The notes under the pieces were generated by a model that saw nothing but the letters and a program-made list of their open reading frames with translations, was not told the DNA's origin and did not search any database. A DNA stretch of 64,000 nucleotides from an uncultured Candidatus Saccharibacteria bacterium. GTDB lineage: Bacteria > Patescibacteriota > Minisyncoccia > Phycocordibacterales > UBA918. The position numbers and the translations under genes are program-made. The stretch is from the NCBI GenBank assembly GCA_964350735.1, contig CAYGKO010000004.1, forward strand, positions 19,583 to 83,582. Reading direction: 5' to 3'. This document shows, piece by piece, positions 1 to 8,851 of this stretch. Position 1 is the first letter of the stretch; every line of letters begins with the position of its first letter.

Positions 1-131
1 GCACAGCGGAGCATGTAGACGTACCAAGACATGTTTATTCTTGAGTTACCTCCTCATCTCCAAATGCTTCGTCGAAATTCTCATAGGCAAATCCAATGAA
101 TAACAGAGCGGCCACTATACAAACGATCAGC

Positions 132-746
132 TTAAGCATATTTATGTCTTCGATATAACCACACTGCCGACAAAACCAGGAGTATAATTGGCAGATACAC
201 TTGCCATGTCACTATAGTCCCTAGGTATCCACTACCAAAGTAGCCATGCAGGGCAAAAATCTGGTCAAGGGATTGAAAATAGGAAATATCCGCAGTCTGA
301 TTGATATCAAGTCGATACTGACCTTCGTTTTTAGGAGAACTTACCTCGATGCGATATACACCAGGACTCAACTCAGCAACCAACTCATTGGAACGGGTGA
401 ATCTAAGTTCACTGACATCATCCTGGTACTCTTGCCAGGACTCATTCTTACCAGCTCTCCTTCCTACTTCACTGACACCTCGCTTCTCTTCTTTAATGAG
501 AATAAGTGAAGATCGCTGATTACCGTCGGGACGTACTGACAACTGGGCTTTGAAGAAGCTCTTTTCAGTCACGACAAACTCCCACGTGTGTGGAAAGTTA
601 GCTAATTCTCCGATAACCACTTGATTGCTTTCACTCGACTGAATAATCCCCAGCTCAAAAGAGTCCTTCGGTTCAAATTCCGCTACTGCCGCTAGTGCGA
701 ACTGCGGAAGCATCAGCAGGGTTAGAAATACCATTCTCATCTCCAC
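132..746 (-). CDS. Hypothetical protein with an N-terminal signal peptide and a C-terminal TM anchor
   Basis: 204 aa ORF. The N-terminus has a hydrophobic signal-like segment (LTLLMLPQFALAAVA) and the C-terminus a hydrophobic helix. No recognisable catalytic motif. Confidence 0.4.
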   Translation of the reverse strand: MEMRMVFLTLLMLPQFALAAVAEFEPKDSFELGIIQSSESNQVVIGELANFPHTWEFVVTEKSFFKAQLSVRPDGNQRSSLILIKEEKRGVSEVGRRAGKNESWQEYQDDVSELRFTRSNELVAELSPGVYRIEVSSPKNEGQYRLDINQTADISYFQSLDQIFALHGYFGSGYLGTIVTWQVYLPIILLVLSAVWLYRRHKYA

Positions 747-802
747 ATCATACCAAAGAGCGACCCCAAATGAGATCGCTCTTTGCGTACAATGTGTTTT
801 AT

Positions 803-1309
803 CTAGCTTCGGTCTCCACGCTCACCACGATCGTCGTGACCTCGCCCATGTTTCTTGTGGTCTGGCTTCTCGATACCTAACTCATCGAGTAAGGCTCGAG
901 CTTCAGCTTTGTTACCTGTTTTTCGCAATTCATGCGCCTCAACGAAGGTTTCGAAGTCTGATTCAGAAGTGATCTTATCCTCCAGCCGTGTCCCCGCTAT
1001 CGCTTGCTTGAATTCGCTATAGTCTTCAGCATCTACCGCTGCTTTCACATCTTCACGCCTATCTTCTCGCTCTGCTCGCATGGCATTTCGGACTTCTTCG
1101 AGAGTATCAAGGTCTACCCCAGCTTCGGCCAAGATATCGCGCGCTGCATCTCGATCTCCTTCTTTCTTCAGTTCATGTGCTACCTCAAAAGCAGATACTT
1201 GCTCATCTGAAAGTCCGGCATCACGCAAGACATTTGGATTGAAGGCACTGACGCTCGTCGCAGTCAGGGCAAAAGCAGCTACTGGAATGAGTAAATGTTT
1301 GGCTTTCAT
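803..1309 (-). CDS. Secreted protein with internal tandem sequence repeats
   Basis: 168 aa with a signal peptide MKAKHLLIPVAAFALTATSVSA. Two roughly 45 aa units are repeated (FEVAHELKKEGDRDAARDILAEAGVD and FVEAHELRKTGNKAEARALLDELGIE). The C-terminus is rich in Arg, Gly and Asp. Confidence 0.45.
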   Translation of the reverse strand: MKAKHLLIPVAAFALTATSVSAFNPNVLRDAGLSDEQVSAFEVAHELKKEGDRDAARDILAEAGVDLDTLEEVRNAMRAEREDRREDVKAAVDAEDYSEFKQAIAGTRLEDKITSESDFETFVEAHELRKTGNKAEARALLDELGIEKPDHKKHGRGHDDRGERGDRS

Positions 1310-1500
1310 ATTTTATTTTTTATTTGGTTACTTTGGTATAAGGATGATTTGTATAGATAACTGAATAAAATTCTTTCAGTACAAATGCAATATCATGAAG
1401 AGATCTTCTTAATCGTGCTCTTCACTAACTACTACGAACTCACTCGCTATAGTATTTCAAACGCCTCAAACTAGAATATAAAAAATAGAATCGTCAATAA

Positions 1501-2076
1501 TTATTTAAAAAGACTGGGGAATAAATACCCGATCACCCCAGCTTCTTGAAAATCTGTTGCGGAGTATGCGAACGCTTCTGGATCTGCCACGATAGAAAAG
1601 ATTTCGCGCAACACTGTCTGTAAGGCTGAGTTATTGCGTAACTGACTACGGCAAGTATCTAGCTCAAACACTTCACCATCTAACGTAATGGAATAACGAT
1701 AATCAATACCATCTATAAATGATGGGCACTGGGAAGCAGTGAACTCTTTAGTAAGGACACGCAAATCTGCTTGCAGGATATCAGACTTAAGCTCCTGGAA
1801 TTCACGGCGCGGATACGTACCACTCACAGGAGCATCTGCTCCAAGACTTCCTCCAGGCAGGTACTGGAACGAACGATCCGAGGTCAGGCGAAATGAATCG
1901 CAATTAGAGCGACAGCCCCCATACGCATCACCAATGATTTCAAAATTTTCAGAAGTAAAATTCTCTGGCTTATCATCAACATACACCGGGGCAAATACAG
2001 TGAGGTAGACATACACTCCACAAAAAAGTCCGACTAAAGCGGTCGATGCGAGCAAGAAAATATCACGAGCACTCAT
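1501..2076 (-). CDS. Membrane-anchored hypothetical protein
   Basis: 191 aa with an N-terminal TM helix (IFLLASTALVGLFCGVYVYLTVF). It is the last gene of the same-strand block starting with the FecR-domain paralogs at 6253 and the cyclase at 2095-4008. Confidence 0.4.
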   Translation of the reverse strand: MSARDIFLLASTALVGLFCGVYVYLTVFAPVYVDDKPENFTSENFEIIGDAYGGCRSNCDSFRLTSDRSFQYLPGGSLGADAPVSGTYPRREFQELKSDILQADLRVLTKEFTASQCPSFIDGIDYRYSITLDGEVFELDTCRSQLRNNSALQTVLREIFSIVADPEAFAYSATDFQEAGVIGYLFPSLFK

Positions 2077-2094
2077 AGCAATCAGTATACCAAT

Positions 2095-4008
2095 TTATTT
2101 AGTCGTAAATTCAAATACCCCACTCCAGTCGGTCGGTGGATTTTTCTGCAGATCAATCGCCCGTCCTAGGAACACTTTACTCGGACCATCCTCCGGATCA
2201 ATCTCTAATGCAGCTTTAAATGACTGCTCTGCTTTTAGAAAATCGCCGGCCAGGTACGAGACTCTGCCGGCAGCAAAATGCGCCAAGACTTTTTCTACTT
2301 CAGGAGTCAGGTCGGTAGTGATAAGTTCATAAATACGACGTGGTTCTTTTTTCCCTTTTACCATTACATCATCAAGTTCCCGCGTATGGAGATGTGAAAT
2401 ATCTTTAATCTCATAAAAGGTTTTTTCGCCAATCAAACAAAATACTCCGTATTGCTTGGTCAGTCCTTCGATTCGGGCTGAGAAGTTCACTTCGTCGCCA
2501 ATGATCGAATAATTAAACCGGCGTTTAGAACCCATGTTACCTACCACCACGTCACCCGTACTGACGCCAACACCAATGCCAAACGGTGGGCGGCCTTCGG
2601 CCGCCCACCGTACATTAAGCTTCTGTAGCGACTGCATCATCACCACCACACTCTCACACGCTAACTGCGCGTGGTTTTTCATCTGCAGTGGTGCTCCCCA
2701 AAACGCCATCACTGCATCTCCAATATATTTATCTACCAAACCCTGCTTTTGCATCACCGCCTCGGACATTTCTTCTAAATATTCATTAAGTTGTGTCATC
2801 AATTCTTGCGGCGTGAGCTGTTCTGACAGAGTAGTAAACCCCCGAATATCAGAAAACAAAATGGACAGCTCGCGCGTTTCCCCACCAAGCGCCAACTTAC
2901 CTGGATTCTTCTGTAATTCATCTACTACTTCACTAGCTACGTAATGTTCGAATCCTTTTCGAATGAATTCCTTCTCTTTGCTTTCATACACAAACTGCAG
3001 CAAGAGGAGTGCGCCTGTTAGCAACAAAAACAAAATCAACTCATATAAATGAGGTACTAAAATACCAAAAGAAAATGCGATGTAGGCATCTAAGATAATC
3101 CCGAAAAAGACTACTGCCAGCAAGATGTACAAATTGCGCGCTGTTTTGATTCTAGTAACAATAAGTAAAATCAAAAGCGCTAGAATGACAAACACCAGCA
3201 AGGAACCAGCTGGGTGTAATGGCTCAAGGTAATTCTCTGACCATATTGTATTGATGGCGTTAGCATGCACCTCAACTCCTGGCATTACTCCAAATGGCGT
3301 CTGGAAGGTGTCACCGAGTCCTGCCGCACTGGCTCCTACCAACACAGTTTTGTCTCTGAATAATTCTTTTGGTAGCGTGCCCTTAAGCACATCTACGTAT
3401 GAGAGTGTGGTATAGGTAGTGGCTGGACCTGCAAAGTAGATACGAGTATTTTGAGGGACTGATTCAGTAGATTGAACCGCCGCGACGGTACTCTCGAAGC
3501 TCAAGGTCCCGTCCCGATACAATTCAGCCCGGCGCACAACACCATCACGGTCAGTAGCCGTATTCACAAAACCAGTTTGAGCGGCCTGATCTAAAATCTG
3601 AATTGGTTGTATAACTGTATTGCTTTGTTCGTCGATGACACCTGCCAACACCACTTCACCATCAAACGCTACAATCGAACGCGCTAAATTATTATCGTCT
3701 TCGGCTCCTAAAGATGATGGTTCAGTAAAAAGCACATCGAAACCAACCATTCGGGCTGATCCAATCGCATCCAGCAGCTGGCCGTGAATACTGCGACTCC
3801 AGGGCCACTGACCGATCGCTGCAAGACTTACCTCGTCAATATCAATTATCACGATGTCACTTGAAGGCTCAGACGGCGCAAAGAATCGGTCAGTAAGCTG
3901 AGCTTCAAGTGTATCGAACACACCAAAGTAAAAACTCAGACCAACAACACTCGTCACAACTATCGTGACGAAATACAAAGCTCTAGTGCGAGTGAAGAAT
4001 GTAGACAT
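2095..4008 (-). CDS. CHASE2 sensor domain adenylate/guanylate cyclase (class III nucleotidyl cyclase) with a C-terminal TPR-like tail
   Basis: 637 aa. The N-terminal TM is followed by an extracytoplasmic CHASE2-like region (VIIDIDEVSL...GQWPWSRS) and a multi-TM block. The class III cyclase core is visible (FSDIRGFTTLSE, GIGVGVSTGDVVVGNMGS, NFSARIE). Confidence 0.8.
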   Translation of the reverse strand: MSTFFTRTRALYFVTIVVTSVVGLSFYFGVFDTLEAQLTDRFFAPSEPSSDIVIIDIDEVSLAAIGQWPWSRSIHGQLLDAIGSARMVGFDVLFTEPSSLGAEDDNNLARSIVAFDGEVVLAGVIDEQSNTVIQPIQILDQAAQTGFVNTATDRDGVVRRAELYRDGTLSFESTVAAVQSTESVPQNTRIYFAGPATTYTTLSYVDVLKGTLPKELFRDKTVLVGASAAGLGDTFQTPFGVMPGVEVHANAINTIWSENYLEPLHPAGSLLVFVILALLILLIVTRIKTARNLYILLAVVFFGIILDAYIAFSFGILVPHLYELILFLLLTGALLLLQFVYESKEKEFIRKGFEHYVASEVVDELQKNPGKLALGGETRELSILFSDIRGFTTLSEQLTPQELMTQLNEYLEEMSEAVMQKQGLVDKYIGDAVMAFWGAPLQMKNHAQLACESVVVMMQSLQKLNVRWAAEGRPPFGIGVGVSTGDVVVGNMGSKRRFNYSIIGDEVNFSARIEGLTKQYGVFCLIGEKTFYEIKDISHLHTRELDDVMVKGKKEPRRIYELITTDLTPEVEKVLAHFAAGRVSYLAGDFLKAEQSFKAALEIDPEDGPSKVFLGRAIDLQKNPPTDWSGVFEFTTK

Positions 4009-4010
4009 GC

Positions 4011-5333
4011 TTATGGTGTTGCAGTATCACTCTCTCCCGCTCCTGATACAGTTATAGTAAGTACCTCTTGCAAGAACGTATCGAAGATATGCAATTCAGT
4101 CGGACTAAAGAGTCCCCAGTCAAATGGCGGTTCGTTATCCACCAAAATTGTATCAACAATATCCATACCTGGGCCACGTACAATCACAAATTCCATACTA
4201 TCAGCAAAACCACTAGTGATCTCTTCAATCTTAAGTACTACCAACTCTTCCTCCTCTTCTAACACCACTTCAAACGCTCCCTTGAGTTCAAACGATTCAT
4301 CACCAGCAAAGAGCTCTATGTCATAGACCTCATCCTTTTCTGGTAGTTCATACGACCCAATAATCAAGATATCATCTCGCGTCACTTCGAACTCAACATC
4401 ACTACCATTAAGCGTTACCCGGTCTACCATTTCAAAGCCTGATCCACTGACTATCACCCTATCTTCAAGTCGAGGATCAAAGCGAACTGGATCAACTTCA
4501 TCGATACTAAGAACGAGCTCTTCGGGTTCTGGCTCAACTTCTGGAGTGGTCGTTGGAGTAATCTCTGGTTCTGGTTCTGGTTCCACCACAGGTACCACTA
4601 GGGCGGGTGGGATAACAACTGCTGGCGGATCGATCTCAATCATCTCAACCGGCTTCACTGTTGTTTCCGGATTATTTTCCACATACCAGTCATCCCGGTC
4701 TAACGGCTTTGTTTCCCTCACCGTAAAAACCTCTCCATTATCTTCAAGCGTACTCCCTGCCGATACAAACACTTCTGTCCCCGGCTTCGTTTCACCAGTA
4801 ACTGGATCGCGTTGCTGCGCTCGGACGGTTCCTTCGGTTACTACCAAGCTTTTAGTCGGATCGAGACTGACACCAAACGACGTCCCACGAACTGCCGCTA
4901 CCATGGTTGGCGTGTACACTTCGTAGACCTCGTCTTGTTCGAGTGCCCGTTCAATTTTGGTCCACGTCTTCCCCGCCGTGAGTTCAATCCTAGTCTGCTT
5001 TTTATCGGGACTAAGCGCTAGCTTGATTTCAGAGTTACTATCAAGTGATGTGATGATCTCCAGGTCGTTAGCAATCACTGCCCGCCCTTCAGTTGAGGTC
5101 CGTACCCCCGCTCCATCTTCCACTTCACTCACCGCACTGATCACCTTCCAAGCCTCGGGATCAAGCAAGCTCGTCATCTCAACGTCCGCAGACAGCGGAG
5201 TAAGAATCGCTCGCTCAGTCGCTTCAACCACTGTCGCTGGATCAGCTAGCTTTTCTTCTGACACGCCTTGATACCAGTACCCAGCCGCCGCTATCACCAC
5301 GAGAATCCCCCCAAGAATATATACGTTTTTCAT
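4011..5333 (-). CDS. FecR-domain secreted protein with a Pro/Glu-rich linker
   Basis: 440 aa with a signal or anchor at the N-terminus. It carries the FecR-like motif VYTPTMVAAVRGTSFGV and a PEPEPE-rich low-complexity linker. It is a paralog of the adjacent gene 5336-6253. Confidence 0.55.
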   Translation of the reverse strand: MKNVYILGGILVVIAAAGYWYQGVSEEKLADPATVVEATERAILTPLSADVEMTSLLDPEAWKVISAVSEVEDGAGVRTSTEGRAVIANDLEIITSLDSNSEIKLALSPDKKQTRIELTAGKTWTKIERALEQDEVYEVYTPTMVAAVRGTSFGVSLDPTKSLVVTEGTVRAQQRDPVTGETKPGTEVFVSAGSTLEDNGEVFTVRETKPLDRDDWYVENNPETTVKPVEMIEIDPPAVVIPPALVVPVVEPEPEPEITPTTTPEVEPEPEELVLSIDEVDPVRFDPRLEDRVIVSGSGFEMVDRVTLNGSDVEFEVTRDDILIIGSYELPEKDEVYDIELFAGDESFELKGAFEVVLEEEEELVVLKIEEITSGFADSMEFVIVRGPGMDIVDTILVDNEPPFDWGLFSPTELHIFDTFLQEVLTITVSGAGESDTATP

Positions 5334-5335
5334 AT

Positions 5336-6253
5336 CTAAAATAGCAAATTATCCATTACCGCTTGTCGATCACCAAAGAAAACTTCTTGCGGTAATACTG
5401 TTTTATCTCCTAAGTATATAACAACCTCACTATCTTCGCTGATCTTGGTAGCGATATACCACGGTACTCGCAGCTCAGTATCAGACACCGGTACAAATGG
5501 CATCAACTCACCATCAATTTCGACTTTTCTGAGCTGATTAAACCCTGTGCCAACCACGGTAAGTTGGCCAGGATTTTGAAACCAGAATCCTTCTCGGTGA
5601 GCGGTAATCAGCTCAAACTGTTCACTGCCACCATACTGCCAATCTGCAGCCATGTGCTCAGCGTACCAGACATCTTTTTCAGCTTCGGTAATTGGCCGCA
5701 CCAAGATACTCCCTTCGACCATCTCAGCTACCGCACCGGCTGCTACTGATATACCACTCTCTTCACCACGTATTCGAACCTCCACCACCCCCTCGCCCAC
5801 CACAAACTTCTCTTCCTCATCAGACACATACGTTCCAAAAGACGTCCCTCGCACCGCCGCTACCATGGTTGGAGTGTATACCTCATAGACTTCGTCTTGC
5901 TCGAGGGCGCGCTCGATCCGCGACCACACCTTTCCTGCTGTTACATCTAAAGCTGAAGTTTTCTCAGTATCAGTAAATGTAAGAGTGGTGTTTTCAGCAA
6001 TTGAGCTGATTAGCTGCTCACTACTCTTAATCAGCGCCCGTCCAGTAGCGTCAGTCCCCACCACGTCACCGTCCCCAACAGGAACTTCTCCCGTCACCGA
6101 ATCATTGTTTTTACTCACTATATTCCCAAGCGTCAACAACACAGCTGGTTCATAACGCACCGAATTCTCCAGCACTGTATCCGCATCAGCCACCAACCAG
6201 TAAAACCCCACTCCACTGACCAACACCACAGAGAAACCAAGAAGGTATTTCAT
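5336..6253 (-). CDS. FecR-domain secreted protein, tandem paralog of the neighbouring gene
   Basis: 305 aa. It shares the block KVWSRIERALEQDEVYEVYTPTMVAAVRGTSFG with the neighbouring gene, and about 90 bp are near-identical at nucleotide level (about 4870-4960 versus 5820-5910). Confidence 0.55.
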   Translation of the reverse strand: MKYLLGFSVVLVSGVGFYWLVADADTVLENSVRYEPAVLLTLGNIVSKNNDSVTGEVPVGDGDVVGTDATGRALIKSSEQLISSIAENTTLTFTDTEKTSALDVTAGKVWSRIERALEQDEVYEVYTPTMVAAVRGTSFGTYVSDEEEKFVVGEGVVEVRIRGEESGISVAAGAVAEMVEGSILVRPITEAEKDVWYAEHMAADWQYGGSEQFELITAHREGFWFQNPGQLTVVGTGFNQLRKVEIDGELMPFVPVSDTELRVPWYIATKISEDSEVVIYLGDKTVLPQEVFFGDRQAVMDNLLF

Positions 6254-6295
6254 ATACTAGTAATAGTGCCTGTAAATCATTATTTGCACAAGACA

Positions 6296-6326
6296 AATAC
6301 TACAAACCGCCAGCTGATGCTGGCGG
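6296..6326 (-). terminator. Rho-independent terminator for the acidic protein gene
   Basis: The hairpin aaaccgccag-ctgatg-ctggcggttt is followed by a T-rich run on the minus strand. Confidence 0.4.
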
Positions 6327-6357
6327 TTTGTGTACAATCAACTTATTCAGACCAACT

Positions 6358-7650
6358 CTAGATAGTTCGCATTTCTAGCATTAGAAGTAACGCCTTAATG
6401 AGTTCTATCAGCTGATTCCGCATTGCATCAGTATCACTTTCCACTTCTACGGCTGCAGGTTTGGTTTTTAAGTACTCGCTGTATGTAGGAACTGAGTCAG
6501 TAGCATACGTATTATCGAACTCAATCTCCTCTGCAATATCTTGATAGGTGATCACGCCAGTAATTCGCAGCTGAGTGCGGTTATTCAACTGATCAGTAAT
6601 TTCTTCGATCAAATACCCTTTCCAGAGGCCGCTATCAATTTTATATGCCGTAGTCTGGTATGAGTACTCACAGTCATCGAGATATTCTACAGTCACCAAA
6701 TCTTTTGAAAAAGCGCCATTAGATTTCACCTGCACACGAGTTATATCTCTAGAAGAAAATTCTTCACATCGTTCTAACTTATCGAGATCCGATATAATCT
6801 GTTCCAGCTCGCTGCCATAGTCTGTAAAATTTACATCTATATCTGCAATAGCTTCTATATCATCTTCGTTATATGAACCACCAATACCGTAAGTATCCTG
6901 CATTTCATCAAGTAACGCTTCTAGGTAATTATCAAGGTTTGAATTACCTTGATAACGAAGAGTTATGTAGACAGGGACACTCTCAACTCCAAAATCAATC
7001 AAAGTGGCGATATAGCCATCTTTATCACCAGCTTGGATGGTGATATCTTCAATCTTTGAAAATGTCAGACCGTCACGATCAGCTGCATATCCATCATTGG
7101 ATGGTGAGCCAATGGTACTAAAATCTACATCGACTTTCTCTCTTGCATCTTCTGCGTCTTCTCCAGTCCTGCGACCCAAATCTGCGTACACATCATCTTT
7201 GTCTGTAGTGTCCCAGATTTGGTAGTAACCCTCACGACCATCAGTGTATTCCAACTCCATATCAATCCGGTCTTCTGGGTAATTGATAGTAGCAAATGCT
7301 TCAGCAATAATTACAGAACGAAACTCTGTCACATCTTCAAGGTCATCACCGCCAAAATTACCACGCATCATATAGGCGCTTTGCAGGTGTTCAGCAATAT
7401 CATTGAGCACCTCATCTTCATCGTCTTCGTCGCCAACAAAACCGTCAAAATCTAACTCCTCATCTTCATCTTCAATTTTAACTTCCACCTCAATTTCATT
7501 ATTGTAACCGTACACAACGTTAATGTACTCAATATCATTTTCATCGTAATCTGAATAATCCTCGGCTGCTAAAGCTGGGCCTAAAGAAAATCCGAACATT
7601 AATAACGCTCCTAAAACTATAATCTGAAACTTTGAAATTATTGAACCCAT
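6358..7650 (-). CDS. Highly acidic (Asp/Glu-rich) secreted protein
   Basis: 430 aa with a signal peptide (IIVLGALLMFGFSLGPALAAED) and long runs of D and E (EDEDEELDFDGFVGDEDDEDE). No enzymatic motif was recognised. Confidence 0.45.
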   Translation of the reverse strand: MGSIISKFQIIVLGALLMFGFSLGPALAAEDYSDYDENDIEYINVVYGYNNEIEVEVKIEDEDEELDFDGFVGDEDDEDEVLNDIAEHLQSAYMMRGNFGGDDLEDVTEFRSVIIAEAFATINYPEDRIDMELEYTDGREGYYQIWDTTDKDDVYADLGRRTGEDAEDAREKVDVDFSTIGSPSNDGYAADRDGLTFSKIEDITIQAGDKDGYIATLIDFGVESVPVYITLRYQGNSNLDNYLEALLDEMQDTYGIGGSYNEDDIEAIADIDVNFTDYGSELEQIISDLDKLERCEEFSSRDITRVQVKSNGAFSKDLVTVEYLDDCEYSYQTTAYKIDSGLWKGYLIEEITDQLNNRTQLRITGVITYQDIAEEIEFDNTYATDSVPTYSEYLKTKPAAVEVESDTDAMRNQLIELIKALLLMLEMRTI

Positions 7651-7797
7651 ATTTTCTACTTAATGTATAAACTCACGCTAATGTTGTGTCCAAACGCACT
7701 ATTCCCTACCCATATCCTATTCACCATACATAACATCTTGATAAACTTCAAGATCAGTATTTGTATACCCCCATAGGTGCGGTATCATGACTGCCAC

Positions 7798-7882
7798 GGA
7801 GAGATGGCTGAGTGGTTTAAGGCGCACGCTTGGAAAGTGTGTAGGGAGCAATCCCTCGCAGGTTCGAATCCTGTTCTCTCCG
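7798..7882 (+). tRNA. tRNA-Ser (anticodon GGA), type II with a long variable arm
   Basis: A manual cloverleaf gives acceptor GGAGAGA/TCTCTCC, anticodon stem CACGC/GTGTG and loop TTGGAAA (anticodon GGA). The variable arm is 17 nt and the T-loop is GGTTCGAATCC. No CCA is encoded. Confidence 0.85.
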
Positions 7883-7893
7883 CAAAATTAAGT

Positions 7894-7917
7894 AACCGCT
7901 TCGGCGGTTTTTAATTT
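7894..7917 (+). terminator. Terminator hairpin downstream of tRNA-Ser
   Basis: The hairpin aaccgc-ttcg-gcggtt is followed by tttttaatttt. Confidence 0.5.
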
Positions 7918-7918
7918 T

Positions 7919-8057
7919 GTGGAGAGAACAGGTGCAGCGTTTTGAAAAAACGCGCTGTACGATTCGAAAAGCGGTTTGTGATAGTTTGTGAGCGTAGCGA
8001 AACAAAGTATCCAAACGCTGCACCGTTCATGTAATGAAAGAATCCTGTTCTCTCCGC
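7919..8057. repeat. Palindromic element of about 140 bp whose termini are copies of the tRNA-Ser 3' end
   Basis: The 18-mer gaatcctgttctctccgc (tRNA 7866-7883) recurs directly at 8040-8057. Its reverse complement (ggagagaacagg) lies at 7921-7932. A 12-bp inverted repeat ggtgcagcgttt/aaacgctgcacc (7931-7942 and 8013-8024) sits just inside these. Confidence 0.5.
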
Positions 8058-8088
8058 CGTTTAGAGCTAGCACGAGACACTATGTTTC

Positions 8089-8682
8089 GTGCTGGTTTTG
8101 TTACAATTAATCAATATGAGTGCTACGACTAAAAACAAACAAGACTTAATCAATAGTTTTAAGCTTCTTGAGACACATATTGCGACATATGAGACAGGTA
8201 ATTATATTGTGTACCAAGCTATGGCAGTTGAGTTAAGAAAATTATTGTGTGAAACAAATCCTTCACCTTTATTAACTCGAGTGATTACTGATTTTAAGTT
8301 ACATAAATTGCATTCAGCAAAACTATTTGAGAAAAATCCTTCCTTATTGGAGGGGTTGGTTAACTTCATGCCTGGCACATTAAGTACAATGAATAAAACA
8401 ATACCAATATTTAACCTAAGCTTTGCTGAAGGATGGGAGCAGATGAATGTGTCAGACTGGGCTGATCAAATATTTTTCAAAGAAAAAATTACAATCCGTG
8501 AACTAATAAAGTCTGTTGCCGACAAAGAGGGGGCTCATTCAGATGAGAATTACAATGATACTTTGATTCATTGCAAAAGTTGGTCTTTCAACAATACCGA
8601 AAGTCATATTCTGGGTATATATGCGATTTCAAAATATGTACTTGCTGTATTTAAAAATGAGTACGAACCAAATTTGGAGTAG
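8089..8682 (+). CDS. Hypothetical protein, AT-rich cassette ORF
   Basis: 197 aa. Its codon usage and GC content are visibly lower than in the flanks. It is flanked by the 11-bp direct repeat cgagacactat (8073-8083 and 8687-8697). No motif was recognised. Confidence 0.4.
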   Translation: MLVLLQLINMSATTKNKQDLINSFKLLETHIATYETGNYIVYQAMAVELRKLLCETNPSPLLTRVITDFKLHKLHSAKLFEKNPSLLEGLVNFMPGTLSTMNKTIPIFNLSFAEGWEQMNVSDWADQIFFKEKITIRELIKSVADKEGAHSDENYNDTLIHCKSWSFNNTESHILGIYAISKYVLAVFKNEYEPNLE

Positions 8683-8851
8683 GGCTCGAGACACTATCGG
8701 ATTAAAATCTGGGAATTAGTAAAACGGCCAAGGTGGTCTTGACCACCCACGGTTCTAACTCGAGACAGCCCGCCTCACCCGGCGCGCCTTTTTCTATTAT
8801 TGATCATCTTAGAATTACCCACACAGCACTAATACGCTATACTTTCACACA

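Noticed and set aside
38-139. 34-aa minus-strand ORF at the window edge (MLKLIVCIVAALLFIGFAYENF..)
   Set aside because: It is too short and unsupported to call. It may be a small membrane peptide or the tail of an upstream gene context outside the window.
2534-2944. 136-aa plus-strand ORF inside the CHASE2 cyclase gene
   Set aside because: It is antisense to a well-supported catalytic domain. Its Ser/Thr/Cys-rich translation has no motif.
4546-5976. Several plus-strand ORFs (61-126 aa) antisense to the FecR-domain paralogs, two of them sharing the peptide DVPRTAATMVGVYTS
   Set aside because: The shared peptide simply reflects the nucleotide-level duplication between the two FecR genes read in the antisense frame. 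It is not an independent conserved gene.
8684-8770. Repeated ctcgagaca motifs considered as a possible CRISPR-like array
   Set aside because: There are only 2-3 short copies with irregular spacing and no repeat-spacer periodicity or cas genes. They are better explained as flanking direct repeats of an inserted ORF.
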